Shown one piece after another: positions 1-16,153 of a DNA stretch of 64,000 nucleotides; within the stretch, counting starts at the first letter, position 1; each line of letters opens with the position of its first letter. The notes beneath the pieces were generated by a model. It was not told the DNA's origin. It worked only from the letters and a program-made list of their open reading frames with translations, and ran no database searches. This stretch comes from Trichoplax adhaerens (lineage: Eukaryota; Animalia; Placozoa), in assembly GCF_000150275.1 (NCBI RefSeq), contig NW_002060967.1, positions 590,556 to 654,555 of the forward strand, read 5' to 3'. Position numbers and translations under genes: made by a program.

Positions 1-1282
1 ACGGTACTGGACATGGTATCGGAATTTTCTTAAACGTTCATGAAGGTTAGTATACCCTTAACTTTAAAATTGTTCATCAATAAACTACCATATAGTGTTA
101 TTCTGAAAGTGATACTCATCAGCATCCTAATCTAACGTACATATTTGACAATAAATAAACTGAATACGCCTCGCTCTAGGTCCTGGACGTATTGCACCTG
201 GTGTCCCACGGTATTACGAAAAACCATTATCACCCGGCATGTTCTTTTCAGACGGTAAGGAATCTAAATTTGATTTTCATGTATAGTTCATGCCTGAAGT
301 TTGTCCTCGATTTAATTATTAAGGTGCTGCTCTAGTAATTAAAATTACTCTGTAATGTTTTTTATCAGAACCTGGATATTATGAAGCAGGTAAATTTGGC
401 ATCCGATTGGAAACTGTCGTTATGGTTAAAAAAGCAAAGACTCCTGTAAGTTGATATAGTGCTATAATGTACATATGCATGCATGCAATTTAATGTCAGC
501 AATGTTTGTATTAATTAAAAAAATATCGTAAGCGAGTATCAGATCCACTTTAAAAGGCTAGAAAACAATTTATGGGATATAGTCCTATATGCAACGTTAT
601 GACTAATTACAGTATATGATAATTTAATTTATCAAAAGATTGTATAAATTTATTTTGGGTGTAAGTGACTGGTATTTTATTTTTTAGTATAATTATGAAG
701 GAATGCAATTCTTGGACTTTGAAGTTATTACTTTTGTAAGTTTGTTAAATACTGGATAGTAGTTGCGTGTAGCGTTAACTGAGATAAAATATCTTGTAAG
801 GTGTTGTTCCTACTTATAATATGCTCAAGTATTAATAAAGCTATAGTTAAAGGTATATTTAGCGTAAAAATTAGAGTTTATGCTTGCTATTTTTTTAGGT
901 TCCAATTGATATCATCAATTTAATAGACCTTAAATTGATGAGCAAAGAACAGGTTAGATTCAACGGTTATTATGTTGGATGATTGGTAACGTTAAAATAT
1001 GTATAATATGTATTCAATGTTTTTGTGTCTATTAACTTGAAAATATAGAGAGTCTGGTTGAACAAGTACAACTCAGATATTCGCACTAAAGTTGGCCCTT
1101 ATTTGAAGGAACGTAAATGGGATGAAGGTTACAACTGGATGTTGGAATACACTAAACCTATTCCAATTACCGATGAACAGCCTCCTAACGGCAACAGCGC
1201 TTATAGTTCTTCTAATACTGTAGCTATTGCTTTAGTTACTGCCACTTTGATGATGATTGTTAACTATTTCAATCGCCACTAA
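1..1282 (+). CDS. XPNPEP2: Xaa-Pro aminopeptidase (aminopeptidase P, M24B), XPNPEP2-like, probably GPI-anchored; 3' part only
   Basis: GT-AG exons 1-45, 180-254, 369-445, 688-735, 899-952 and 1049-1282 splice in frame to GTGHGIGIFLNVHEGPGRI...GMFFSDEPGYYEAGKFGIRLETVV...FLDFEVITFVPID...LMSKEQRVWLNKYN. These are the metal-binding M24 motifs (HGTGHG, VHE, EPGYY, GIRxE). The protein ends in small residues plus a hydrophobic tail (NGNSAYSSSNTVAIALVTATLMMIVNYF). AATAAA at 1432. Confidence 0.93.
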
Positions 1283-2256
1283 TGCAGGTGTAAATCGAAT
1301 CAAATCTTAAATGTAGCTTCCTCTACTTTGTGTGATGATTTTATATGTTATCGTTTAATATAATGTTAATTTTTGTTTGTTTGTCATCTTAAGTTCGTAT
1401 TCCAAATGTGTGTATTAACTGTTAAGAGTCGAATAAAAAGATGATATATTGATCAATGGTAATTTACTTGAAGCGCAATTAATTCGCGTCGGTGGCGACG
1501 GTTAATCGCTTATAATTCTATCAAAAGGCGATAGTACAATACTATACTCATTACGGACATTTTCACTGACTGCAATACACCAAATGGGAGTAGCGATAGC
1601 GTAATGCTTTTCCACGATATTACGCTAAATTCGTTATGCATTACGTGTATAGTTACTACAGTTACTAAAGTCCATTTTCCAGTATAATTAAGCGAGATTG
1701 TATCAATAATTTTATTACATCCTTGATATTATCACTGCCTGTACATTTGTAACTAGAGTTTCAAATTTACATTCATTCTTATCGCAAAACGTTATGATTG
1801 TAGTCAAATTGTCAATACGTACTTAATATAATTCGAAAGTTAGAACAGTTTCGATCTTTCAATAGAACAAAAAATTATTTACAATCTTTAGATTAGGCAT
1901 AAGAATAGAACCAAAGTAATTGCGTCAAATTAGCGTTCGTAGGATATAGTAGCTCATGGATACATCAAATTGTACTGATGGTGCAGCAAATGAAAATGAA
2001 TTCACAAATACTGTGTGAATGTAACAGTGAATGCGAACTAAAATTACTACGTAGCAAAAATTTCATGACATAGCCAGATGTAAGAATAATGAGTCAATTT
2101 ACGTAATAGTATATTTCTCTTTATATCAATTAATTACCCAAATGTTCATATAAATTTATGGTAGTAATACTGAATGAATAAATTCATTATAAAATCAAGA
2201 GAATTATAAAGCACATGCAACGCTGGGTAAAATTAAATTTTGAGTATATTCGTACA

Positions 2257-5102
<2,846 letters not shown>

Positions 5103-5260
5103 AGTTTGAGTGGTTAGCCAGCGTCCAGAAAAATAACGATGGTAGTGATAATGGCAGTAATAGTTAGGCCAAAAAGACGCCAAAGAGATGATCGGAAATC
5201 GGTTTGCAAGGCCAAAAAAGGAGCGCTAATCGACGCATATATGGCGGTGGTCCTTAAAAT

Positions 5261-5405
5261 ATTGGTCTGAATATTGAAATTGGCGGGAAGACGATAGTTG
5301 CCTACGTGCCCTCGAGAGGGAGTGGCCGGTCGACAATCCAGTCAAAGTACGCAATCATTATCCTACGAGTATAGGAAAACACCTGGATTCAGCCACGAAA
5401 ATTGG
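5261..5405 (-). promoter_or_regulatory. Putative DTYMK promoter with E2F site and CCAAT boxes
   Basis: TTGGCGGGAA at 5280-5289 (TTCCCGCCAA on the minus strand, E2F consensus). ATTGG (CCAAT on minus) at 5261 and 5401. These lie in a locally GC-richer stretch about 160-300 bp upstream of the ATG. Confidence 0.5.
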
Positions 5406-5780
5406 TTAAAAAGCCAGAGGAACGGCCCGTGGTCGTTTTATGTACTCCCATACGAAATGGGCAAATAGACTCTTTGCTGGTCATTTCAGCTGTGTTCTAC
5501 ACCTGCAAGCGTATGCATACTGTATAATACCAGAGACTGCCGAGACCACCTGATGCCCGTGTTTCGGACCACACCATGCACAGACGGACAGACTTCCCGA
5601 GACTCAAGGACGGAAATGAGGCCCAAAATGCCGGAAATATCGCAAAAATTAGTTTACTTTCAGTAGGGATCTTCCGTAGACCTGAGAAAACTTCGGTTCT
5701 ACTAATGGAAGAACAGAAATGACGTTCGATAACTGCTTTTAAGCAGAACCTTGTAAAATAGAATGCATTTCAATGTAATA

Positions 5781-6103
5781 TGACTTCATTTAGAAAATGA
5801 AGTCAGCTCTAGAATTGAGCTTTAAATGACATTATAACCAAGGGAAGAAAGTGTTTGCAATACGTGCGATGCAGTTGAAATAACCAATAAAATAATCATC
5901 CTCCACATTTTAGTAGAGTGAACGACCGTTTCTCGTTTCTCTCTTTCTTTTTAGTAGTCCCTAACCATGCCAGGGACTACTAAACTACAATACAGTACTA
6001 AAAGATACTGTAGAGAAGAGAGTGGGACTGTCGGCTTTCCTTGCCAAAATGTGAAAAGTGACTATTTTTCTCATCATTTTAGCTGCGCTGTACTGTTGAC
6101 ACT
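5781..6103. repeat. Foldback / hairpin cluster (possible degenerate MITE)
   Basis: Perfect 13-bp stem TTTAGTAGTCCCT (5950-5962) / AGGGACTACTAAA (5972-5984), flanked by degenerate inverted arms (about 5849-5915 versus 6040-6103). A separate perfect 11-bp hairpin TGACTTCATTT-AGA-AAATGAAGTCA lies at 5781-5805. Confidence 0.6.
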
Positions 6104-9100
6104 CACTCTAGTTGACAGCTACCCTCCGAAGTAGCACAACAGATACCAAGTTAGTTCCGTACGGCCCCAATCTTCTAATATATCAAAAGTGACCAGCAAA
6201 TTGGTCAGCCTTGCTATAGCTTGCAATGAAAATCGTTGGCAGTACCTCTCGCTTTCCTTTTCTTTTATTCAATTTTCTAAGGCAAACTTTGGCATTCATG
6301 AAAAATTGCGAAGCGTACATAATTTCCATTTGTGCCTTCATGCAATGTTCTATTCTGATTGAATCTTCATAGTTTAAAGCTCTTCTGATGCCAAGGCGAT
6401 AAGCTTTAATTCCGAATATTTTATTTAGGGCACCAGATAGGTTACTGTTATTTTAGCGCGATTAACTAACTTAAATAGCGACAGTATTGACTTTAATATA
6501 GGAGATTCTATATTGGTAGAGATATCTCTTCTGTCATGATGATTGTAATGAAGTAGTCGACTAAAAGCGTATGAGCAATGTAATTAGTATTACGTATGCC
6601 ACATTTGGAAAGATCGATGATATTATATGGTACAATGATATTTGCAGGAGCTCCTATTGTATTAATTAGCTAAACTATAGTAACTTGTAAGATGGTAGAT
6701 GATGATTTACCAGTTGTATATAAAGTGAGGCCTTTCTGTAGTTTACTAGTTTTTATCCTCCGTTAACATTAGAATCCCGCTCTCCCTCGCCTTGTAGTTA
6801 GCGTTTATACCCTCCTTAGGGCTGTTTATGCTTTCTACGATAGAAAATAAGGAAGCTAAGTACTCTATCGTAATACGTAGGCCATATTATGTGATACTGT
6901 ATACAGCAATCTCTTCATAGGAGTAGTAAAAGTCACGAAAACAGATACTAGGTATTAGTTGCTGTAGTCGCGCACTATATTAAAACTTGCACATAATTAT
7001 TGTTATTAGCTGAAATCATTACAGTTGTGCATGTCATAAGCTACTAGTGCTGTAGTTAGCAAGAATTATTTTCATCACGCTGCATAACATCTGGAGCAGC
7101 AGCCATACGTACCTCTAGTAAAGTTCTCATCAAGTAGTACAGAAAATAAGAACTTCATTGTCCGATTTGCTAATAAGCTAATAAAGACATAGTTAAGGCA
7201 GAGGGGTTCATCGTGTTGTATGTAGGAATTAATCGATTTAGTATGAGAAGCAAGGTGCTATATCGAATTTGGCAGAGTAGGATACTTTAGGTATAAAGCA
7301 TTGAGGTATTTATATTTAGACGGACATAAACAAAGCGATGTCTAGAACTCGCTCTAGCTCATTGGTGGAACTATATGTTGTGATAGGATATTATTTATAG
7401 AAATTTTGTTTCATATTAACCAAATGAATAATTAGGTCAAATTCAATTGCCGGTGTATCAGCGGCCTTGATGACAACGATAAAAGCCGGTCAGAAATTTT
7501 GCTTTTAATGTGTTCTTTCTACCTTACTTGGGTGAAAGGGATGATAAATGTAAAGATTATTATTCTACTATGAACCAATTACTTATAACTTTTTGAGTAC
7601 AGTAGTATATAATTATATATATATTGGAAATGAAATAAAGAATTAATTTTTGAAGAAAGGAGCTCAGCTTGGATTACTACAAGAAACGCTATTATCCTGC
7701 TTAACGGTAAATAATATTAAAATTGTAGCTGCATTCATTGAAAACTTAACGACAGTGTGATAAGTTACCGAACGGTGAATGATTGCATTTTTACATCACT
7801 TGCATGAAAATTTAAGCAGGAAATTACCTCCCAGTGCTGTATAAAACTAAGAATAACTGCTTGCAACATCGTTATCAAGGCTACAGAATTAATTTATCAT
7901 GATTCCTAAGAAAATGAATGTAAAATAGGAGACTATATTATACACTTATTTGCAGAGGATGGAATTTCGTGGCAACGATTACATCACATTGGGAGTAAAC
8001 AACAAATACAACACATATTTCTATCTTGATCCACAGAGTACTGCAAGCAACTCAAAATCAATCATCCATGTGTCATAATCAAACCTACACCCAATGAGAC
8101 TAGGTATACATGCCATTTACTGTTTGCGTCATCATGGATTCAGACAGGTTTTCACTTCTATTATATTTCCAGCAGGGATTTTGAAATAGAGAACACAAGC
8201 AGCAAATCACTTTTGAAATCCTAGTCAAAAGCAGTAAAGTTTTAAAACTCAGCAATAAATCGATAAAATCACATCAGTTTATTGATACTGTAGCCTATAA
8301 ATAATATATAAACAAGTCTGGTATATATCTAGTAACAAGAATGAAAGTAATACCGATATTAGCCTTGAGAGGAGTGGAGAATAAAAGATAGATTACGAAG
8401 GGATTCTCGCTGCCTAGTAACATTATTTGCCTAGACATCGAATGTTCGCATAGTACTATTTATGAACTCCAAAAGTAACTGAGGATTATTCGTCGATCAA
8501 ATTGTGTAAATTATTTCTCATATACAGTAGTTGTTAATTGATTGTCAACTACAGTTGAAATCAGTATATACTACAGCATGCCTATTGCAATGTGCCAGTA
8601 TCGACAGTGGTAGTCCACGATACGGCTTATAATAAAGTATTGATTTCAAAGCAATTTTTATAATATACCGTACTAAAGAAGAAAATTAGCCTTAAATTTG
8701 TCATGGATTATAGTAATTGAAATAATATCTTAGTCTGTGAAAGTGAGTTAGGCTATACGTCATATATATTGCAGTATATAAGTGAGATCATTAATATGAT
8801 CATTAGATAAATCATTTACAGCACATTGTTTGCTTGCGTATAACTTTTGCTACTATTGAATTGATTACCTCTAACCCTAATCTAATCTGAAATATTATTC
8901 TATGATTTATGCATCTACTTCAGAGGGATATGATCTTACCTAGATCCCGGATATCATGCAATTTGTATGGTAGAGGATCCACAGCAGTCATCTTTCCAAG
9001 ATGAAAGCTGCTTAAAAATTCGCTGCATGCTGGGAAGTTCTCCTGGCTTGAGCAAAATCTTCAGTTCCTAAAATCTGTATTTTATTCATAATTAGTCGTT

Positions 9101-10708
9101 TAGTTAAAAAATAACATCAGGCTATTACAGAAAGTGATAGACAAGTACATCGCTAATATCCTATTGATTCGATTTTTTGAAATGCCAATTTATGGTTCCA
9201 AGAAAGCGAGGTAGCTTAAACTCTATACAACATATTATTCTAGTAACTAATGGAAGGATTGAAAAGCATCTACGTTATTGTCAGCTTACGCGTATTTTTT
9301 GCTTTCGTGAATTTATTTGTTGCAATCGTAATACTTAATTGAGTAAATAGAATTAGAAGATTCAGGATACGAATTTACTTATCAAATTATAGTCGCAATG
9401 TGTGTTAACAGCAGCCAATGCTAACAGAACCATTCTTGTTTCATTGTGATTTCAATATCATGGATTGCAATCTTTTAACCAGAGGCATAAACATAAACTA
9501 CTTGCTCGTAAATTATTATCAGAATTGCAAATTCTCACATTTAATATACCTGTAACGATTATATTAACACAAAAAGAGGAGGAAGGGAAAGCATATGCAT
9601 GATCATTTAGTCTATGATAGAATTACTAAGTTTAAAGTTGCCTATTCATTTGTAGCGGTATTGTGAGCAGTCTTAATGCCTATTCTGCATTCAGGAAGGA
9701 TATCAATTTTTAGGACGAAAAAAGACAAAAATGTGGTCAAGATGAACAGGAATATAAATTATTTAACTTTAACTTCGATTCGATAGACGGTAATCATCGT
9801 GCACATGCTACGAAACAAACAAGTTTAAATTATTTCCTTTCAGTAATTAATGTCAATAGAATCATACAAAAATCCAGCACAATATCCGTATCATAAGCAT
9901 TAAATGTCCTAAGCTACGAATAGTTAAAAGTACGAAAGGTTATGCGTTATTTATTTTGCTTATATTGTAATGATTGTTATAGTAACCGTATTATACAATG
10001 AAAAGTGTATAGTAGTTGGGATATAGTATTGCAAAAGTGTAACAAATATTCATCAGAAGACAAGGTATTTTATTCCTGATAGAATTAGTGATATTTTTGT
10101 ATATTTTGTATAGTACTATTTATCAGATTTGCACAACATGATGTAACCATGCATTAATCCCCGAAAATACTTATATATGCCAAGGTAAGTCCAGATTCTT
10201 CGGTTATCATGGATTACTCTCCTGACAAAGAATAAGGTAAAGTATGCTGCTCTTCTAGGTTGCTATTGTCAACTACTATTTTAGCTTAGATCTAGAACTA
10301 CCCTTCTAAACTGCAATCACACAGAAAAACTTCACAACGTCGAGCTACTTCTACTTTAACGAATACGACCAATACTAAATACTCGGGCTACAAAAACAAT
10401 TACTAACGGCCAACATTCGCAATTACGAGTCAATGACAAAAGTTTTAGTCGACCTAATCTCTATATAGGCAAAAATCAAATACTTAATCTATACTACTCT
10501 TGAAGCTGCATTTGAACCGTGACAACGGCATATAAATGCTTCATTTAAATCTATGAAAATTATTACAGGCTTTTTTGCTCCTTACAATAGATTATTTTCC
10601 AATAAGGCCTTCAAAATTTAATATATGGATTAGCAATTAATGGGATAAATTACCGATCATGAATTCTTTTAAATCTTTAATTTCTTCCTCGAAGGCAGTA
10701 CTATCCAC

Positions 10709-11550
10709 TTTTCAGCTATCTTCGTCATAGTTGCTGTCTTTCCTTTTGCTGCGCTATTAGCAAGGCTTATTATTCCCGGTTTATGTATCGAATAGATTTA
10801 ATTGAAATCCGGAGGTTGCTAAAGTTCTAATTGAGCGTATATTAAGATATATTGTAAAATTAGGTATCCAAGCCAAGATCATGCCAACAGATTAAAGCGT
10901 ATGGTGGACCCTGAGTAATGGATATTATGGGGTTTATGATGACTATAATCGACCATTTATGACATTTTGTGATTTTTGGTCTGATCCAGGATATGTACGG
11001 ACTCTAATTGAATCGCTATCTCGAGAAAATGCTAGAAAGAATAGCTATCGTCTAAATTTCTGTTATAATGTTCAACAACAGCTTGTTCATTAATTGGTTA
11101 GAAAATCTGCTGGATAAATCTACCATGATGACCCTCGTTAACTTAACAGGGACAACGCATATTTGGGTTATATACAATTTTAATGCCGATAATTGACTTG
11201 GGTTGTCGAATCGTAGAAATTATTTGCGCATTGCATTTTGTCAGTACCCTAAATTTTAGAAACACTGGCCATACTGACCAGTCGTACTGTACTATCATAG
11301 ATTATATTAGCATTCGTGGCTACAGATGCCAACAATGTAGTATTATTCTGATATTCGATGAAGAAATCAACTACTGTATGCATATTCAGACCCAATAAGC
11401 AAAACTAATATATGACAAATGGGTCGTTCTTGATGACAATGAACCTTGGGAAAATAACTTTTTTGATTATTTACACTATAATCCAAACTTCTCTTGCTCT
11501 TCTGCAAATTACACGACGAGTTATTGGATCAGTGGTGTATATATACCCCA
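10709..11550 (+). pseudogene. Pseudogene of the secreted fibrinogen/intelectin-like cysteine-rich family
   Basis: After the AG at 10862-10863 it reads VSKPRSCQQIK...NGYYGVYDDYNRPFMTFCDFWSDPGYVRTLIESLS, and later CTIIDYISIRGYRCQQCSI and PNFSCSSANYTTSYWISG. These match the genes at 14947 and 21100 but are broken by frameshifts, stops and a deletion. A signal-peptide-like remnant FSAIFVIVAVFPFAALLA lies near 10709-10762. Confidence 0.82.
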
Positions 11551-12437
11551 CTACTTTATAGTAACCAGGCTATCATTATCTCTATTTTCATTTCCTGACG
11601 AGGCAGGAAAAAATCTTAGTGTATCATTTCATGCAATCAATAGCATGATTTGAAATAACTTATATAAGCAATCATGACTATTATAGGGATGTTTATTTTA
11701 CGTATACTCCCCAGGAATATTTAACACTAGAAATTAATAATGATGAATTTTGAACCTATGGCTAAATCTAATCTTAACAATATTCGTTTCATTATTTTTT
11801 TTTTTAATTATTCTACTTATGTGATGCATCAACAGCTCATTTTTGTCGCCTTGAAACAATAAGACTGCTTTGATATGATATTACATTTTTGAAAATTTTT
11901 ACGAAATGTATCTGTATTGTAAAATTAAAGTGTTTGCTTTAGAATAACAAAAAGGAAGATGAAAATCGATTTTATTTTATACAGTAAAATTGCGCGTCTT
12001 ACAAGGATGGTTCAAAGATATGATTATTCAAGTTTTGTCACGTATAATACTGGAATGATTAAGTTCTACTAACTAGCTCTGGTAACTTTGATCATTATTC
12101 TTCAACCCATTTTAGGGAGAAATTAGCAGAGGCCTGGCTACTGGATGGCTCAGCTGACAAGATATGTGTAAATAAAGGTTACTAATAAAGTAAAATACTA
12201 TTGCTAGTGTTTCCATAGCTAATCTGAGGTACCCTTCACTTAATTTTCGCCATCGACATCGCTCGTTATTTTTTATATTTTACTTATTCCCCACTTTAAA
12301 TTAAATCAATAGTAAACAATTCTTCTTATTTTTTTAACTCTAAAAGATATGAATAACCTTTTAAAGTGTAGATTGATGAGGTTACTTAATTTGTATAGAT
12401 GATGATAGATTAAAAGAGTTGATGTTAAATTACTATC

Positions 12438-12770
12438 TGTGATATATACCAATCACGAAATTCCAAATTTTAGAAAAATAAGGGCTTTATTGAATCTTAT
12501 ACAAAGATCAACTACACACAGCTCTACTTTAGCCGAATACTACTACTAAAGACTTCTAGAACGAACTAACAGAATAATCTAAAGTTGCATGCTTTTATAC
12601 TTTTCGTAGCATTCGCAGCTACAATCCGCATGGCAACCTTTTACCTTATTTTACACATAGTTAAATTATTCTTAGTAAGACTATTCTACTGCGGACCAAC
12701 ATTAATCTGATATGGATACGACTACAGTACTTACGTAGACATTATTCACACCAGCCAAAGTACAATGAAT
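12438..12770 (+). repeat. Dispersed repeat segment A (inverted copy at 63189-63522)
   Basis: Nearly identical in reverse complement to 63189-63522 (for example CTAAAGTTGCATGCTTTTATACTTTTCGTAGCATTCGCAGCTACAATCCGCATGGCAACCTTTTACCTT). Confidence 0.9.
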
Positions 12771-14946
12771 TTCGTGACCGGTATATGTCACAACCGACTA
12801 TATGTTTCATAAAGACTAGTGCAAACTCCCGTCGCTTTACTGACGGTTTACGATAATGTGCTCATTTAACATCTTTTACGAGGTTCAGTAACTTTATACC
12901 GTACCGTATGCTCGGAATTAAGCCGATTTTCATACTAATGAGATATTTGTTAAATTTAAAAGGAAAGGATGACATCGGTATATGAGATGCATATCCTTTA
13001 TTTTCGATATATAAATCGCAGCTTGACTCATTAATTATTTAATTTTACTTTTTCCTATCTAAAACAAAATCAATAATAAACAATTCTTATTATTTCTCAA
13101 CCCTAATAGACGTAAATAATCTTTTGCAGGTCTGGATATATGAGGCTATTCAATTTATATGATATTTTGAAAGGTTGATATTAATTTAGTGTTGAGTATA
13201 TTTTATAGCTTACAAATACACACAATTGACCGAGATTACAGATTTTGTATTTTAATATTAGATAAGATGTTTCAGCTAGTAAATAGGTTAAGGTAGCACA
13301 TGAAATTAAGCTGATTTGCATATTAAAAGATCTTTGCTATCTTTAAAAGAAAAAAATATTAAGATTTTATCCTTGTTAACGATTAATATCGGAATATGGA
13401 TGAAAAATTTCAAATTCAATTTTGAAGCATATACTATAATCGATGTCATATCAGTATTTGATCCTGATCAATTTAAAAATTACATACGTGCCCAAATAGT
13501 TAAAAAATCTATTATTTTTTATTAAGGTAGTACGCAATTTAATTATATAAATATCTAAAATTGATTAATTTTTAGTAAAATTGATCAGTGCATTTATTTG
13601 GTAGAAATAGAAATATTAGCTAGAAAATAAAACAATATTATTGGGTATTTCTAGCCATACAACTGCTTTAAAGTCTAGAAATATTGATACCTATGTGGTA
13701 TGATATTAAATATTTGATTTAAATTTGACCTTTGAAGGGATTCATTTTAGTATTTAGTGTATACTAACTACAGTAAATAATTAACTAGCAAGGTTGTAAT
13801 GAAAGATTATCTACAAAATTCATGTTCTGTACCATGAAAGACTGCATTCAGCGCTATTATTGGACAAGTAAGTGGATTTGAAAGTTTAGAATTTACCATA
13901 ATTATTATGGAATGGCTCGATATTATAAACGAGTCTGTCGTGCATTAAGGTTTCACTATTAATAAATAAAATTAATGATTAATGAAGTGAACGTTTAGAA
14001 TTGTATGAAATTTATCGCATTCAATACTAGACATGCCTATAATTATGCTGGCATGTTCTGTATTGCGTAAAGGTAGATGATCAGGTGAGGCAACGATTAA
14101 AGTCCAATCGATAAATAAATAAGAGCATGTAAATGTTAGTAACAGATTAAAATAATTTTCGTTGGCAAGAAAAGAAATATGAAAGATTTTGTTTTAAGGA
14201 ATACCTACTGTGATATTAGTAGAAGCCTTGATTATTATAAAGATTTGTAAGCTTACATAGTCATAAATTGCAGCTGATGTGACCTGGGAATTTTGATCGT
14301 TAGTGTTTTGATTGTAGACAAGTTTGGTACTTTAGCAGCTGTGTTCTGCTTCTACTATTAGTTTTTGAAAATAACAGTCTGTTATAGAATTATCTTTTTA
14401 TAGCATAGACTATACCAACTTGTAAGTACTTATATGATAGATCAAACTACAAACTGATAAGTTTTACTCAGAATCTATCATAATATTCAATAACTGTGAA
14501 TTAGAGAAGTAAGCTTCGCGACAGTATTATTCAGTGGATAAATGAAAACTATACATTATACTCGTATAGGCAACTTTTCTAGGAAAAAATGACGTTCTCA
14601 CTCCCCCCTCCTTGCAAGAGATAAAATTTGAATTAAGAAATCTTTAATTATGTTAAGGCAAGTTAATCGAGTAATAACAATAATGACGTCAACTTGATAT
14701 TTAAACCTTCAAAAATGATATCAAAAACTGTTCTTAAAATTTTTACGTTATTTGCTAAATACTTTAATTATTAATTAAGGTTAAGTATAAATAAACAAGA
14801 CAAGAATGACTGTATTTCAATCAGCTTATCAATTTTACGGCAAAGATATAAAAAACTCATTAGAAATATCAATTTGCTTACTTTTATTGGTATTTGTCGC
14901 TCTTTCTTATCCATTTTCATTTATTATCATATGATAGTTTCGCAAA

Positions 14947-15801
14947 ATGAAATTTACGGCATTATCATTGGTTTTCTTCATCTTCAGCATAGTACCTTTT
15001 ACTATACAGGCGGTAAGTAATTTAATCGATTGATATCCGCATAAACTGCTTTTTTATTCTGTTTCAAAAAGGTTGTTATAATCGCTTATTAATTTTTTGG
15101 GGAAAATTTTTTATTTTAACAATTAGACTACCAATGCGAAATCTTGCCTACAGGCTAAAGATATAAATGGAGTTAGCGAAAATGGTTTCTATATCCTATA
15201 CGATAACCAATATCGACCGTTTATCACATTTTGTGATTTCAATTCTGATAAAGGATTTATTTGGACACTTATTGAGTCATTTTCCTTGAATAACAGCATG
15301 AAAGCCAAATATCGCAAGGGATTTTTTCAGGATTTTCCAACTGTTAGTAGTTTTATTGACTTGCAGGAATTTCGATTAGAGAACTCAGTTATGAAATCGA
15401 TTGCTGGTGCGCCAGGATCGACCCATTTTCGCACAACATGTAATTTTAACACGAATGACCGCAAAGGAATACAGAATCATCTAGACTATTTGCGTGTATC
15501 ATTTTGTAATTTTCCCAATTTCTTTAAAAATGTTAACAAAAATACATGTACTAAGGTGGATTATATTAATGTCCAAGGACAATCCTGCAGAGATTGTAGT
15601 ATTCCAATACATGATGGCGGTAATGAACATCATATGTTAGCTAACATCGACAGATCCCCGGACGATTGTGATCGTTTGAAATTTGGAGGTGCAAAAGGAT
15701 ATGCTTTTGGTGATTACAGGCTTTTAGATTCAAAATTTTCATGTTCAATGGCATCTAATTCGACTACCAATTGGTGGATTGGAGGTGCAGATATGTCGTA
15801 A
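14947..15801 (+). CDS. Secreted cysteine-rich protein with fibrinogen/intelectin-like N-terminus (copy A, 246 aa)
   Basis: Exon 1 (14947-15012) is the signal peptide MKFTALSLVFFIFSIVPFTIQA followed by GTAAG. Exon 2 (15127-15801) reads TTNAKSCLQAK...NGFYILYD...PFITFCDFNSDKGFIWTLIESFS...THFRTTCNF...NWWIGG. The SC..K..G.Y.....F..FCD.....WTLI pattern is the start of a fibrinogen-related domain. Confidence 0.88.
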
Positions 15802-15919
15802 ACGTTATCTAGCCCACAGTTAGAATGGAATTGCAGCTGGAAGATTGAGATTCACAATTTAAATCGCCATATGAGGAGCTCTTCCCTGACCTCATAAATA
15901 TAACATGTGCTAATTTGAA

Positions 15920-16153
15920 GTACTTAATTAGATTGAATGAAGTCTTTAATATTTTTGATGGTTGATGTTTTATTTTATATATCTGCTGCTAGTTAAATTA
16001 TAATCAAGAAATAATTATGATATCGAAAATAATGCCCAGAAATTACTTTTATTATTGGGTAATTATTAAGAAACTGCTAGAACAAATACCGTGGCTAAGT
16101 GTTGTTACGCATTGTGATTGCAAACATTTCATTAGAGTTGATGTGTTCGATTA
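15920..16153 (+). repeat. Conserved downstream block shared by copies A and B
   Basis: Aligns by eye with 22458-22680 (TACTT.ATTA.ATTGAATGAA, ATGATATCGAAA.TAATG, AAACATTTCATTAGAGTT). Confidence 0.65.

Noticed and set aside
7956-8147. Exon-like stretch (EDGISWQ..., discoidin-like look)
   Set aside because: The frames examined contain stops and there are no supporting neighbouring exons.
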